Origin: Patescibacteria group bacterium
GTDB taxonomy: Bacteria > Patescibacteriota > CPR2 > UBA1875
Direction: 5' to 3'
Length of the DNA stretch: 64,000 nucleotides
Assembly: GCA_041737595.1 (NCBI GenBank)
Contig: JBGSRK010000005.1
Location: forward strand, 1,610-65,609
Both the position numbers and the translations under genes were made by a program. Below, piece by piece: positions 19,023-28,535 of the stretch. Every line of letters starts with the position of its first letter. Position 1 is the stretch's first letter. The notes under the pieces were generated by a model. The model worked only from the letters and a program-made list of their open reading frames with translations, ran no database searches and was not told the origin of the DNA.

Positions 19023-19805
19023 TTACTTATAAAATATCTTACCCTTTACCCTCATGTCTATATATTCTATATTCTTTGTTCCATCTTTCTTGGCTTCTTC
19101 AAGAACCCTTATTAAATTTGATAATTGTGTATCAATATCTTTAGATGAATCCAAGTAAACAGTCCAGCCATCAGTACTAAGTACATGAACATCTGATAAT
19201 ATATCAAATATATTAATTCTTGCTATCTTGGTGCCAGTAACACCTTCAAATTTTTCGTATATTATTTTAATAAAATTAATAAAGGTAGGGGATGCCACTC
19301 TCTCCCCGATTTTTGGTTTAATATTTGCTGCATCAAATATTTCAGGTAAATTTTCATCGGCCGCTTCTCCCAAAACTTCTCCCCTATCAGAAATAAAATA
19401 TTTATCCCCTGCCGAAATCCAGATTATAGAAGGTTTAGTTTCTTTAATAATCACTAATATAGTATCAGGGTATTTTTTCTTAATTATTATATCCTCGATT
19501 TGAGGGTCCCCCGAAAGAACATTTGTAAGATGATTTTTTGGGAAAAATAAAATATTACTTTTTATAAAATTGTCTTCGGTTTCTTCTAAAATTAATGATT
19601 TTACCAATTCAGGGTGATCATAACCTTCGACATTATAATTATTAATATTTAATAATCCGGAGAAAAATATCAAATATCCGGATCCAATTATAAGTAGAAA
19701 AATAATTAAAATATAAAACCAACTTAGAGAAATGGGTGATTTGTCTTCTTTTGTTCTAGAATGAACTAAATTATTATTATTTGATATTTTGTCTAATCTG
19801 CTCAA
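19023..19805 (-). CDS. ftsQ: Cell division protein FtsQ/DivIB-like (POTRA)
   Basis: Single N-terminal TM followed by a POTRA-like region; located at the end of the dcw cluster after murG. Confidence 0.6.
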   Translation of the reverse strand: MSRLDKISNNNNLVHSRTKEDKSPISLSWFYILIIFLLIIGSGYLIFFSGLLNINNYNVEGYDHPELVKSLILEETEDNFIKSNILFFPKNHLTNVLSGDPQIEDIIIKKKYPDTILVIIKETKPSIIWISAGDKYFISDRGEVLGEAADENLPEIFDAANIKPKIGERVASPTFINFIKIIYEKFEGVTGTKIARINIFDILSDVHVLSTDGWTVYLDSSKDIDTQLSNLIRVLEEAKKDGTKNIEYIDMRVKGKIFYK

Positions 19806-20946
19806 TTGTATCTTCCCCTGTTTTTAAAATAACATTTGCAACATCGTCAGATGAATGTAGATTAGCCCATTTATTCATTTTACTCGCCATGTCATTAAGC
19901 TCATTTTGATTTTCAAAAAGATATTTAACTTGATGTAATAATTTTTTAGAGGTTATGGTTTCCTCTTTAAAAATATAGGCAGCCCCTGATCTAGAAAGAA
20001 CTCTTGCATTTTCAAACTGATGGCTACCGGCAGATGAACCAAGTGGTATAAATATAGAAGGTATATTATATGAGGCTAATTCAAATATTACATTACTCCC
20101 CGCTCTACCAATATATAAATCAGTGCTAGCATAAATATCTGCTATTTCTGTTGTTATAAAACCATATACCTTAATATTCTTTTTAAGTTCTTCATCTAGC
20201 TCAGATACCCTAAAATCAATTATTTGATAATCTCTATCCCCTGCTACCCAAATTAATTGGAAATCTCTTAATATTTCTTCAAGTTTTTCCATTATTAATT
20301 CATTCACAAATAAGGAACCCTGAGACCCCCCTAATATTAATATTGTTTTTTTATTATTTGAAAAACCAATTTCAGAAAGGTACCGCTCTTTTCTCCCCCC
20401 TAAAATATCTTCTCTAATTGGATTACCAGTTTCTATAATTTTTTCTGGGTCAATTTCTTTATAATTATTTATAGGGAACGTAACACATACTTTTTCTGCA
20501 AATTTTGCCATTTTTCTATTTGCAAGACCCATCACAATATCAGATTCGTGAATTACAAGTGGTATTTTTAATAATTTTGCAGCAATTCCAACTGGGAGAC
20601 TAACATAGCCACCTTTTGCAAAAATTACATCTGGTTTTTCATGTGAAATAATTTTTTTTGCTTCAAATATCCCTTCTATAAAATTAAAAAAATCTTTTAT
20701 ATTTGAAATAATTGTCGTAGGGTCAATAATGTTTAAAATTTTTGATTTATGATACCGACGGAATTTACCTGCAGAAATACCATAATATTTGATACCCATT
20801 TTAGGGATCAATCTTCCTTCCATACCAAATTTTGATCCAATAAATAGTATATTACTATTTGGGTCTATTTTTCTTATTGAATTAATTACGGCTAAAGTTG
20901 GTAATGTATGACCACCAGTTCCGCCGCCTGATACTGCGATTTTCAC
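19777..20946 (-). CDS. murG: UDP-N-acetylglucosamine--N-acetylmuramyl-(pentapeptide) pyrophosphoryl-undecaprenol N-acetylglucosamine transferase
   Basis: MKIAVSGGGTGGHTLPTLAV N-terminus is canonical MurG. Confidence 0.9.
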   Translation of the reverse strand: MKIAVSGGGTGGHTLPTLAVINSIRKIDPNSNILFIGSKFGMEGRLIPKMGIKYYGISAGKFRRYHKSKILNIIDPTTIISNIKDFFNFIEGIFEAKKIISHEKPDVIFAKGGYVSLPVGIAAKLLKIPLVIHESDIVMGLANRKMAKFAEKVCVTFPINNYKEIDPEKIIETGNPIREDILGGRKERYLSEIGFSNNKKTILILGGSQGSLFVNELIMEKLEEILRDFQLIWVAGDRDYQIIDFRVSELDEELKKNIKVYGFITTEIADIYASTDLYIGRAGSNVIFELASYNIPSIFIPLGSSAGSHQFENARVLSRSGAAYIFKEETITSKKLLHQVKYLFENQNELNDMASKMNKWANLHSSDDVANVILKTGEDTIEQIRQNIK

Positions 20947-22066
20947 GGGTTTCTCCTTGTGTGTGTTTAGATATATTTAAAAGTATACCAGAAGCAAGCA
21001 TCAGCATCAAAGTTGATGATGACCCATATGAAATAAATGGTAATGGAACACCCGTAAGTGGGATAAGGGAAAGCATTGCAGACATATTAATAAAGGCCTG
21101 AACTACAATCCAACTTGTTATACCCACTGCAAGTAGGCGTGAAAAGGCATCAGGGGCTTTCTGAGCCACTTTATACCCCTGCATGGCTATAAAGACATAC
21201 AAAAGTATAATTGCTGCTGCTCTGAAGAACCCTAACTCTTCAGATGTTATGGCAAAGATGGAATCAGTTGCTGCTTCTGGCAGATAATTAAATTTTTGTC
21301 TTGATTGGCCAAACCCAAGTCCAAAAAGGCCACCTGTACCTATTGCCAGAAGTGCTTGGTTAATTTGGTAACCAGCAGATGATTGGTCAGATGTTGGATT
21401 AAGAAATATCATAAATCTAGCCATTCTATATGGCTCAGTCTTAATTAAAAATATAATACCCGCGATACCTGCTCCAAACATAGCAAAAATGTGAGTCCAG
21501 CTAGCACCTGCAGTGAAGTATAAAATACTTGATACAGAAGCGATAACCATCATTGTCCCCATATCAGGTTGAGCAATAACTAGACCAATAGACAATATTA
21601 ATATTATCCAAAACGGGATAGCAGAATATAATAATTTTTTTACTGTTGCACCTCTTTTTTCAAACCAAGCAGCAAGATATATAAAAAGTGCAAGTTTAAA
21701 GAATTCAGTTGGAGACAACTGTTGTCCAAAAACATTTATCCAACGGTTAGCACCCCCATGGCTAAACCCTATACCTGGAACAAAAACTAGAATTACTGAA
21801 ATAAGCCCGATAAGTATCATATAGGGTGCAGCTTTTCTCCAAAAACTATAATCAATTTTATATCCTATAAACATTAATACAAAACCTATGGATATATTTA
21901 TTAAATGTCTTTCAAAATATAAATTAGGATTTTGGGCAACTTGTTTTGACATAACAACTGATGCAGAAGAAATTAGAATAGTCCCAATTGCAATAAGTGC
22001 TAAAATACCTGAAAGAAGGCCTAAATCTGGTCGATGAGAAGAGTTATGTGCCCCCCTAGGAGTCAT
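20882..22066 (-). CDS. ftsW: SEDS-family peptidoglycan glycosyltransferase FtsW
   Basis: Ten TM helices with FtsW/RodA conserved blocks; dcw context. Confidence 0.85.
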   Translation of the reverse strand: MTPRGAHNSSHRPDLGLLSGILALIAIGTILISSASVVMSKQVAQNPNLYFERHLINISIGFVLMFIGYKIDYSFWRKAAPYMILIGLISVILVFVPGIGFSHGGANRWINVFGQQLSPTEFFKLALFIYLAAWFEKRGATVKKLLYSAIPFWIILILSIGLVIAQPDMGTMMVIASVSSILYFTAGASWTHIFAMFGAGIAGIIFLIKTEPYRMARFMIFLNPTSDQSSAGYQINQALLAIGTGGLFGLGFGQSRQKFNYLPEAATDSIFAITSEELGFFRAAAIILLYVFIAMQGYKVAQKAPDAFSRLLAVGITSWIVVQAFINMSAMLSLIPLTGVPLPFISYGSSSTLMLMLASGILLNISKHTQGETRENRSIRRRNWWSYITNFSRN

Positions 22067-23098
22067 TTAACCTCTCCCCAATATACCGATAACTACACCT
22101 ATAATTGCAGATACTATACCTATTAGCCAAAACCTCATAGTAACTTTTGTTTCGGGCCAACCCATTGCTTCAAAATGATGATGAATTGGTGCTGATAAAA
22201 AAATCTTTTTCCCTCTAAAATTTTTTGAAATAAGTTGAATAGCAGAAGAAGCCGCCTCTGCAAAAAATACAAACCCAATCACGGGCAGGGCAAAGACTGA
22301 ATTTGTCAGTAATGCAATAACCCCCAAAGTAGCACCCAAGGCAATTGAACCAGAATTACCCATAAAAAACCTTGCTGGATATATATTAAACCAGGTATAA
22401 GTAATCATTGCACCAACAATAGTTGCACAAAATAGAGATATTCCATAATTCCCTTGAAAAATTGAAATTATACCAAATGCACCGTAGGCAAAAGTTAGTA
22501 AACCACCAGCAAGTCCATCCAGACCATCTGTAATCCCAACTGATTTTGACGAAGCAAAAAATACAATAATAAATAATGGAATATATAACCAACCAATTTC
22601 TAAATTACCCCAAGCTGGGATATGGATAATATTCCAACCTAATTTATAATAGAACCACCACGCACCAAGTAATGCAAAAAGGGTCAACCAAATTATTTGG
22701 ACTTTTGCCGATAAACCACCTGTTTTATTTGCTATACCTTTTACATTTAAAAAATCGTCAGTTAGACCAACTAGCCCAATTGTAACTAATGTGAACAATG
22801 GTAACCATGTTTGAGATCTATCAAAATTAAAAACTAATGTAATTATTGTTACCGTTGCAAGTATTACTAAACCAGCCATCGTTGGGATATGTCTTTTATG
22901 TTTTTGTGCATGCAACTTGTGGAATATTGGTGCAGCTTTACCATCAACTGTTTTTGTTCTAACCTTTCTCCACCACTGATGTTTATATGCAAAATGAGTA
23001 TAAATTGGCGTAAATGCCATGGAAAGTAAAAATGCGCTAAATGTAAATAAACCTAATTTTGCTAGTTCAGGGATTAACTCAATTTCATTTAATGGCAT
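22067..23098 (-). CDS. mraY: Phospho-N-acetylmuramoyl-pentapeptide transferase
   Basis: Polytopic membrane protein with MraY motifs (DDxxD-like LTDDF, NxxNxxDGxDGL). Confidence 0.9.
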   Translation of the reverse strand: MPLNEIELIPELAKLGLFTFSAFLLSMAFTPIYTHFAYKHQWWRKVRTKTVDGKAAPIFHKLHAQKHKRHIPTMAGLVILATVTIITLVFNFDRSQTWLPLFTLVTIGLVGLTDDFLNVKGIANKTGGLSAKVQIIWLTLFALLGAWWFYYKLGWNIIHIPAWGNLEIGWLYIPLFIIVFFASSKSVGITDGLDGLAGGLLTFAYGAFGIISIFQGNYGISLFCATIVGAMITYTWFNIYPARFFMGNSGSIALGATLGVIALLTNSVFALPVIGFVFFAEAASSAIQLISKNFRGKKIFLSAPIHHHFEAMGWPETKVTMRFWLIGIVSAIIGVVIGILGRG

Positions 23099-23124
23099 GC
23101 TTCTCCTTTTCTACTGTAAATAAT

Positions 23125-24390
23125 TTACTTAACTTTTTTCCAAAATTCAGATTGTCTTACTAATATATTTTTTTTGTTTTCTGGGTGAGCCATTACTTTT
23201 TCAACTGCATTTTCGAGCCTTACATTGTTTTGTGAGCCTTTAAAAAGTACTATATCACCTTTCTTAATGTTTTTCAGTAGCCAATCACCTGCTTCTTCAG
23301 CAAGTGTGAAAGAATGGACATATTTTACCTTACTTCTCGCCTCTCCAGCAATATAATTTTCTGCAACTTTACCAACTGTAATCAGTATATCAACAATCTG
23401 TGAGGCCTTTTTCCCAACAAGTTCATGCCCAACTCGTTCATAATCACCAAGCTCATTCATATTACCCAAAACTGCAATTTTTCTTCCCGTAACTCCATAA
23501 AGAAAATCAAGAGACTCTTCCATTGATTTTGGATTAGCGTTATATGAATCATCTATCAATATAGATTCATTTATCCCCTCAATAACATTCATTCTACCTT
23601 TATATGGTTTTATATTTTTTATTTCTGCTACTATCTTTTTTAATGGAATATTTTCAGAAAGAGCAACTGAAATTGCTGCAAGAAGTGGATAAATCATATG
23701 TTTACCATAAATTTTTACTGATATTGGGACTGCACTACCTCCCATAGAAAAATCAAATTTCATTCCATTAAGTCCAACTGATACATTACTAGCGATTATA
23801 TCGTTGTTCTTTTTTGTTCCAAAGAAAATTACTCTGGCTTTTGTTCTTTTGGCAATTTGTCTTACAAGTTCATCATCCCCATTAAGAAAAAGAGTCCCGT
23901 CTTCGGGTAATATTTCTGCAAGCATACCTTTTTCTTTCGCAATGTTTTGTATATTTTTAAAAGATTCTAAGTGAACAGGTAAAATAGTTAATATTACGCC
24001 CTTTTGTGGCCTAAATAATTTAGATAAATATTTAATATCTCCTAATTTATCAGCTCCCATTTCTATAATAATTTTGTCTGCTAAGTCCTTTTTTGTTATT
24101 GATTCATATGATAAACCCATAAGCATCATGAACCATGAGAAAATATTAGATAAATTTTTCGGAACTTTTTTTGAAAAAACAGAAAGTGGGGCACCAATTT
24201 CTGTGTTATAACCCTCCTCAGTCGCAAGCACATCAAAATCAATATCTAAAAATTCTCTTATTAATTCCTTTGCAGTTGTTTTGCCTGCACTACCAGTAAC
24301 TGCAATTACTTCTGGTTTTTCCCTCAAAAGTAATATTTTAGTTAAAATATTGAGTTTCCAAACTATTATTTTTCTAATTATTTTTTTCAT
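23125..24390 (-). CDS. murF: Mur ligase family protein, MurF-like (UDP-MurNAc-tripeptide--D-Ala-D-Ala ligase)
   Basis: P-loop VIAVTGSAGKTTAKE; Mur ligase middle and C-terminal domains. The only Mur ligase between ftsI and mraY. Confidence 0.65.
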   Translation of the reverse strand: MKKIIRKIIVWKLNILTKILLLREKPEVIAVTGSAGKTTAKELIREFLDIDFDVLATEEGYNTEIGAPLSVFSKKVPKNLSNIFSWFMMLMGLSYESITKKDLADKIIIEMGADKLGDIKYLSKLFRPQKGVILTILPVHLESFKNIQNIAKEKGMLAEILPEDGTLFLNGDDELVRQIAKRTKARVIFFGTKKNNDIIASNVSVGLNGMKFDFSMGGSAVPISVKIYGKHMIYPLLAAISVALSENIPLKKIVAEIKNIKPYKGRMNVIEGINESILIDDSYNANPKSMEESLDFLYGVTGRKIAVLGNMNELGDYERVGHELVGKKASQIVDILITVGKVAENYIAGEARSKVKYVHSFTLAEEAGDWLLKNIKKGDIVLFKGSQNNVRLENAVEKVMAHPENKKNILVRQSEFWKKVK

Positions 24391-24403
24391 ATTTACCTTA
24401 TTT

Positions 24404-26161
24404 TTATTGGATTATTTCAGTTGGCGGAATGTGATAATACTTAAATAAAAAATCAAGCATCTTCCCTACTGGCGGAGCAGCAGATGTTTCTGCCCAAGGG
24501 ATTCCTTTTGGTGTATCTATTTTAACAAGAACAACAAATCTTGGCGAATCTGCAGGGCCAAAACCAATAAAGGAACCAATATTTTTCTTTGGATCATAAC
24601 CACCACCGTCTTTTTTGGGGACTTGAGCTGTCCCTGTTTTCCCGGCGATTTTGTAGCCACTTACCCGAGCCGACTTACCATGGCCGTTTTCAACCTGACT
24701 AACCATCATTTTGGTTTCCTTTACTGTTGCTTCTTTAGTCATAACTTCCCCTATTGGTCTATTATCTGTTATTTCCTTGTGTTTATCTGGAAATATTTTT
24801 TCAGCAATTAAATGAGGTTTTATTAATTTTCCACCATTAGCAATTGCAGCAAATGACCTGATCATTTGTATTGGTGTTGTTGAGATTGACTGACCAAATG
24901 TCATGGTGGCATATCCGTGATCATTTATTTCTTCTGGAGTATATATTTTCCCTTCTCCTTCTTGTGGCTGTTCTATCCCAGTGGCAGTTCCAAATCCAAA
25001 CTTTTTTAAATAATCATAAAATATATTTTTACCTATCTTATTTAAAACAAATACGGTCCCTGTGTTAAGTGACTCTTCAATAACAAATGTCATATCAACA
25101 ATCCCATATGCTTTTCTTGTTGAATTCATAATTTTATACCCGTTTAATAATATTACGCCCTTATCATCATATTCGGTATCTGGTTCAACTTTTTTTGTAT
25201 CAAGGCCAGCTGCCATTGTAATAATTTTAAATATAGAACCGGGTTCAAAAACATCTGAAACTGATGAATTACGGAAAAGACTGTAGTCTTCAACCTCTTT
25301 ATATTTATTTGGATCAAATGTAGGATAGTTAGCCATTGCAATTATTTCACCATTATCAGGGTTCATTACTATCATATTTCCATTTTCAGCTGAAAATTTT
25401 GTAACTGTTTCTTTTAATAATTTTTCCGCCTGTGATTGGATATCTCTGTTTATAGTCAAAACTAAATCTGCCCCATCAGTTGATGGTTTAAGAACACTGT
25501 CACCAAAGGCTATCTTTTTTTTACTTAAGTCTACTTCTGCTTTATATTGACCATCTTCACCTGAAAGTTCCTCATTAAAATATTGCTCTAGACCATATTT
25601 ACCTACCCCCTCTGAATCTACATAACCTAAAAGTTGAGAAGCTAATGTCCCTTCAGGATACAAACGTCTTTCTTCATCTGTCAAATATACTCCCGGGAGT
25701 TCTAATTTATCAATTTTTTCTGCATCATCAAAAACAAGATAGTGCTTTATTGGAACATATGTATGATTGCTTTCAAATAAACTTAAAAGCTTATCTTTAT
25801 CAATATTTATATAAGTAGATAATTTTTCAGCTACTTCTGATTTTTTATCAATTTTATTTTCATCGTCATCTAATATAAACATCTCTGATGGTGAACCAAA
25901 AACTAATGATAATTTTTGATTTGTAGCAAGTGGATATAACCCATCAGTCATGTCATCCTTTACATATATTTCTCCTCTTTTTGCTGGTATATCCCCTTGT
26001 GCCCAATGCTGAACAGAAGCTATTTTTGTATAATATTGGTGCTTAAATACTTGTAAATAAAACAAGCGACCAATTATTACAAAACTAAATATCACTAAAA
26101 AGGCCAAAATGGTTTTTATTCGGCCTTTCTGTTCCCCTAAATCGTGATATTCACGTTGCAT
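24404..26161 (-). CDS. ftsI: Penicillin-binding protein, transpeptidase (FtsI-like, class B)
   Basis: N-terminal TM; SxxK (GSIFKI) and KTG (AGKTGTAQ). Confidence 0.85.
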   Translation of the reverse strand: MQREYHDLGEQKGRIKTILAFLVIFSFVIIGRLFYLQVFKHQYYTKIASVQHWAQGDIPAKRGEIYVKDDMTDGLYPLATNQKLSLVFGSPSEMFILDDDENKIDKKSEVAEKLSTYINIDKDKLLSLFESNHTYVPIKHYLVFDDAEKIDKLELPGVYLTDEERRLYPEGTLASQLLGYVDSEGVGKYGLEQYFNEELSGEDGQYKAEVDLSKKKIAFGDSVLKPSTDGADLVLTINRDIQSQAEKLLKETVTKFSAENGNMIVMNPDNGEIIAMANYPTFDPNKYKEVEDYSLFRNSSVSDVFEPGSIFKIITMAAGLDTKKVEPDTEYDDKGVILLNGYKIMNSTRKAYGIVDMTFVIEESLNTGTVFVLNKIGKNIFYDYLKKFGFGTATGIEQPQEGEGKIYTPEEINDHGYATMTFGQSISTTPIQMIRSFAAIANGGKLIKPHLIAEKIFPDKHKEITDNRPIGEVMTKEATVKETKMMVSQVENGHGKSARVSGYKIAGKTGTAQVPKKDGGGYDPKKNIGSFIGFGPADSPRFVVLVKIDTPKGIPWAETSAAPPVGKMLDFLFKYYHIPPTEIIQ

Positions 26162-26168
26162 TAAGAAA

Positions 26169-26504
26169 TTACCTCACTGCTACATTAGTAGATGGTAGAT
26201 AATTAATTTTTTTAACTGGAATATAATTACTGTCTGTATTACTTTGAGTATTTTGTATTTCTTGTATAGATTGTAATCTAGTTGCTTCTATTTGAAGTCT
26301 ATCTCTTTCTGATTCAAGTTCTGTTTTTTGTCTTTCTAATTCGGAAAGGCTATAACCCTTAAGAGCAATTGCATTAGATTGAGAAAGATATAAAAGACCA
26401 AGCATAACTAAAAGACCAATACTTGCAATAACCATTGAACCTTTACCTAAAAATATATTACTTTTATAGTTCTGGTTAAATATTTTTCTTTTTCTTTCTC
26501 TCAT
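26169..26504 (-). CDS. ftsL: Cell division protein FtsL/FtsB-like (septum formation initiator)
   Basis: 111 aa, one TM then a coiled-coil (LERQKTELESERDRLQIE); position between rsmH and ftsI. Confidence 0.6.
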   Translation of the reverse strand: MRERKRKIFNQNYKSNIFLGKGSMVIASIGLLVMLGLLYLSQSNAIALKGYSLSELERQKTELESERDRLQIEATRLQSIQEIQNTQSNTDSNYIPVKKINYLPSTNVAVR

Positions 26505-26520
26505 TTTTACTGCCTTTCTT

Positions 26521-27462
26521 TTATAATTTCTCTGCTACTCTTAATTTTGCGCTTCTCGCCCGTGGATTTTCTTTAATTTCGTTATCTGATGCTACAACTG
26601 GTTTTTTAGTTATTTTTTTTAAAACTGGAGTTGTTTCACAAATACACTTTGGAAAATCTGGTGGGCATACACATGCGATTGACCGAGAATCAATAAATCT
26701 TTTCACGATTCGGTCCTCTAGAGAATGAAACGAAATAATCGCCATTCTCCCGCCCCCCTTGAGGATCTCGACCATCTGAGGTAGCGCCGACTGAAGAACA
26801 TCTAGTTCTCCATTAACTTCGATTCGAAGCGCTTGAAAGACCTTGGTAGCTGGGTCTATTTTTGTTTTTCTTTTTATCACCCTCCTTACTACCTCAGACA
26901 GTTGATCGGTCCATATAATCCGACTCTGACATCTTGTTTTTACAATCTCTTTTGCAACTCCTCTTGCTTGTGGTTCTTCTCCATATTTTCTGAAAATACT
27001 TATTAGTTCGTCTTCACTGTAAGTATTAACCACATCTTCAGCAGTAAGATCCTTTGTTTGATCCATTCTCATATCAAGCTTTGCTCTTTTTGAAAATGAA
27101 AAACCTCTTTCTGCTTCATCAAATTGCATCGAAGAAACACCTATATCTGCTAAAATACCATCCACCTTTGTAAAACCGTTATCTTTTGCGATTTTAGATA
27201 TATCTGCAAAATTACCATGTACATAGGTGATATTTCTGCCTTTAAGAACCTTTTTTGCAATTTCTAACGCATTCTTATCCTGATCAATTGCTAAGATCTT
27301 ACCGGTTTCTCCAATTTTTTCCGAAAGTTCAAGTGTGTGCCCCCCGGCACCAACGGTAGCATCAATATAAATACCACCAACTTTCGGTTCTAAGAGATTG
27401 ATTGTTTGTTGTAAAAGTACGCTTTTATGCATTTTTCTTCCCCCTGTCGAATTTACGTTCAT
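26521..27462 (-). CDS. rsmH: 16S rRNA (cytosine1402-N4)-methyltransferase
   Basis: DATVGAGGHT SAM-binding motif and other RsmH/MraW blocks. The true start is probably the internal Met (MHKSVLL). Confidence 0.9.
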   Translation of the reverse strand: MNVNSTGGRKMHKSVLLQQTINLLEPKVGGIYIDATVGAGGHTLELSEKIGETGKILAIDQDKNALEIAKKVLKGRNITYVHGNFADISKIAKDNGFTKVDGILADIGVSSMQFDEAERGFSFSKRAKLDMRMDQTKDLTAEDVVNTYSEDELISIFRKYGEEPQARGVAKEIVKTRCQSRIIWTDQLSEVVRRVIKRKTKIDPATKVFQALRIEVNGELDVLQSALPQMVEILKGGGRMAIISFHSLEDRIVKRFIDSRSIACVCPPDFPKCICETTPVLKKITKKPVVASDNEIKENPRARSAKLRVAEKL

Positions 27463-27482
27463 TTAATTCACGTAAATCTTAT

Positions 27483-27697
27483 AGACAGGTAGATAGCAGT
27501 CAGCCATTAAAGGACTTGAGAGAGATTTCTTCAAGTCATGATCGACACCCCCTGGTACGATCATATATTTGTTTTTCACCCGAAAATTCGGGTTTAAGAA
27601 CAATTGGGTAGGATTTTGTTGGGCTTATTCCGCCAAAGGCGGATAAGGTGGATATTTGTTTTTATTTAGGTACATGCTGATTGCTATCTACCTGTCT
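27483..27697. repeat. 215-bp element bounded by 22-bp near-perfect terminal inverted repeats (MITE-like or structured RNA)
   Basis: AGACAGGTAGATAGCAGTCAGC at 27483-27504 and its reverse complement (21/22) at 27676-27697. The interior has at least four stem-loops. It sits in a 420-nt mraZ-rsmH gap. Confidence 0.5.
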
Positions 27698-27884
27698 GCG
27701 ACTAAAGTCGCAAGACTTGTCATCCTGAACGCAGTGAAGGATCTAGATTCTTCGCTCCGCTCAGAATGACAATGTTATTTATTTTTCAAGTTACTTTTCC
27801 CTGATTTTTTTAAAAAAAGGTTTTGTTTTTGTTTTTGTTTAAGTCCGGCTTTTTGCTCCGGCTCCCCCTCGAAAATTATATTAT

Positions 27885-28316
27885 TTAAATCCCAAGGTTC
27901 TCTAATTCTTCGGCAATACTTGATGCATCACCCTCTGTCTTCGTCTTATATTCTTGCCAGTTTTTCTGACTCCATATTTCTACTCTTTTAAATAAACCAG
28001 CAACAACAACTATTCCCGAAATACCGGCGTATTCACGTAAGTATGCTGGAATATTAATCCGTCCCTGTTTATCAATAATAACCTGAGTGGCCCCAGCAAG
28101 CATTAACCTCGCAAATGCTCTTGATGCAGCTTGTGTAAGTGGTAAATTAGCAAGTTTTTCAGCCAATACTTCCCATTCTTCATTTGTGTATACAGAAAGA
28201 CAGTTGTCTAAACCTTTTGTTACAACTGCACCTCCTGCCATTTTGGCTCTAAATTTGACCGGCATTGCCAGTCTTCCTTTTTCATCTATTGAATGATTGT
28301 ATTCACCTATAAACAT
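27885..28316 (-). CDS. mraZ: Transcriptional regulator MraZ
   Basis: MFIGEYNHSIDEKGRLAMP N-terminus; duplicated MraZ fold. Confidence 0.9.
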   Translation of the reverse strand: MFIGEYNHSIDEKGRLAMPVKFRAKMAGGAVVTKGLDNCLSVYTNEEWEVLAEKLANLPLTQAASRAFARLMLAGATQVIIDKQGRINIPAYLREYAGISGIVVVAGLFKRVEIWSQKNWQEYKTKTEGDASSIAEELENLGI

Positions 28317-28326
28317 TTTTTATTCT

Positions 28327-28352
28327 CCACTTTCCCCCACTTCATTCCACTT
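28327..28352 (-). promoter_or_regulatory. Three AAGTGG direct repeats at 10-bp spacing in the mraZ leader (putative MraZ operator), adjacent to a TATAAT -10 box at 28359-28364
   Basis: CCACTT (minus-strand AAGTGG) at 28327, 28337 and 28347. MraZ is known to bind short G-rich direct repeats in its own promoter region. Confidence 0.55.
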
Positions 28353-28426
28353 TTCTCCATTATACATATTTTTAGTATACTAATGCAATAGTTTTATTCC
28401 AATTTTAATAGATATTAATACATACT

Positions 28427-28454
28427 AAAAAGTGGCTCTATAGAGCCACTTTTT
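28427..28454 (-). terminator. Palindromic (bidirectional) Rho-independent terminator after rplA
   Basis: AAAAAGTGGCTC-TATA-GAGCCACTTTTT perfect hairpin with flanking A/T runs. Confidence 0.7.
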
Positions 28455-28535
28455 AGTATAATAGTTATATTTTGATTACATTATTTGTTCATTTATCCAC
28501 AACTGTGAAAAAATATATTCCCCACAATCAATTGA

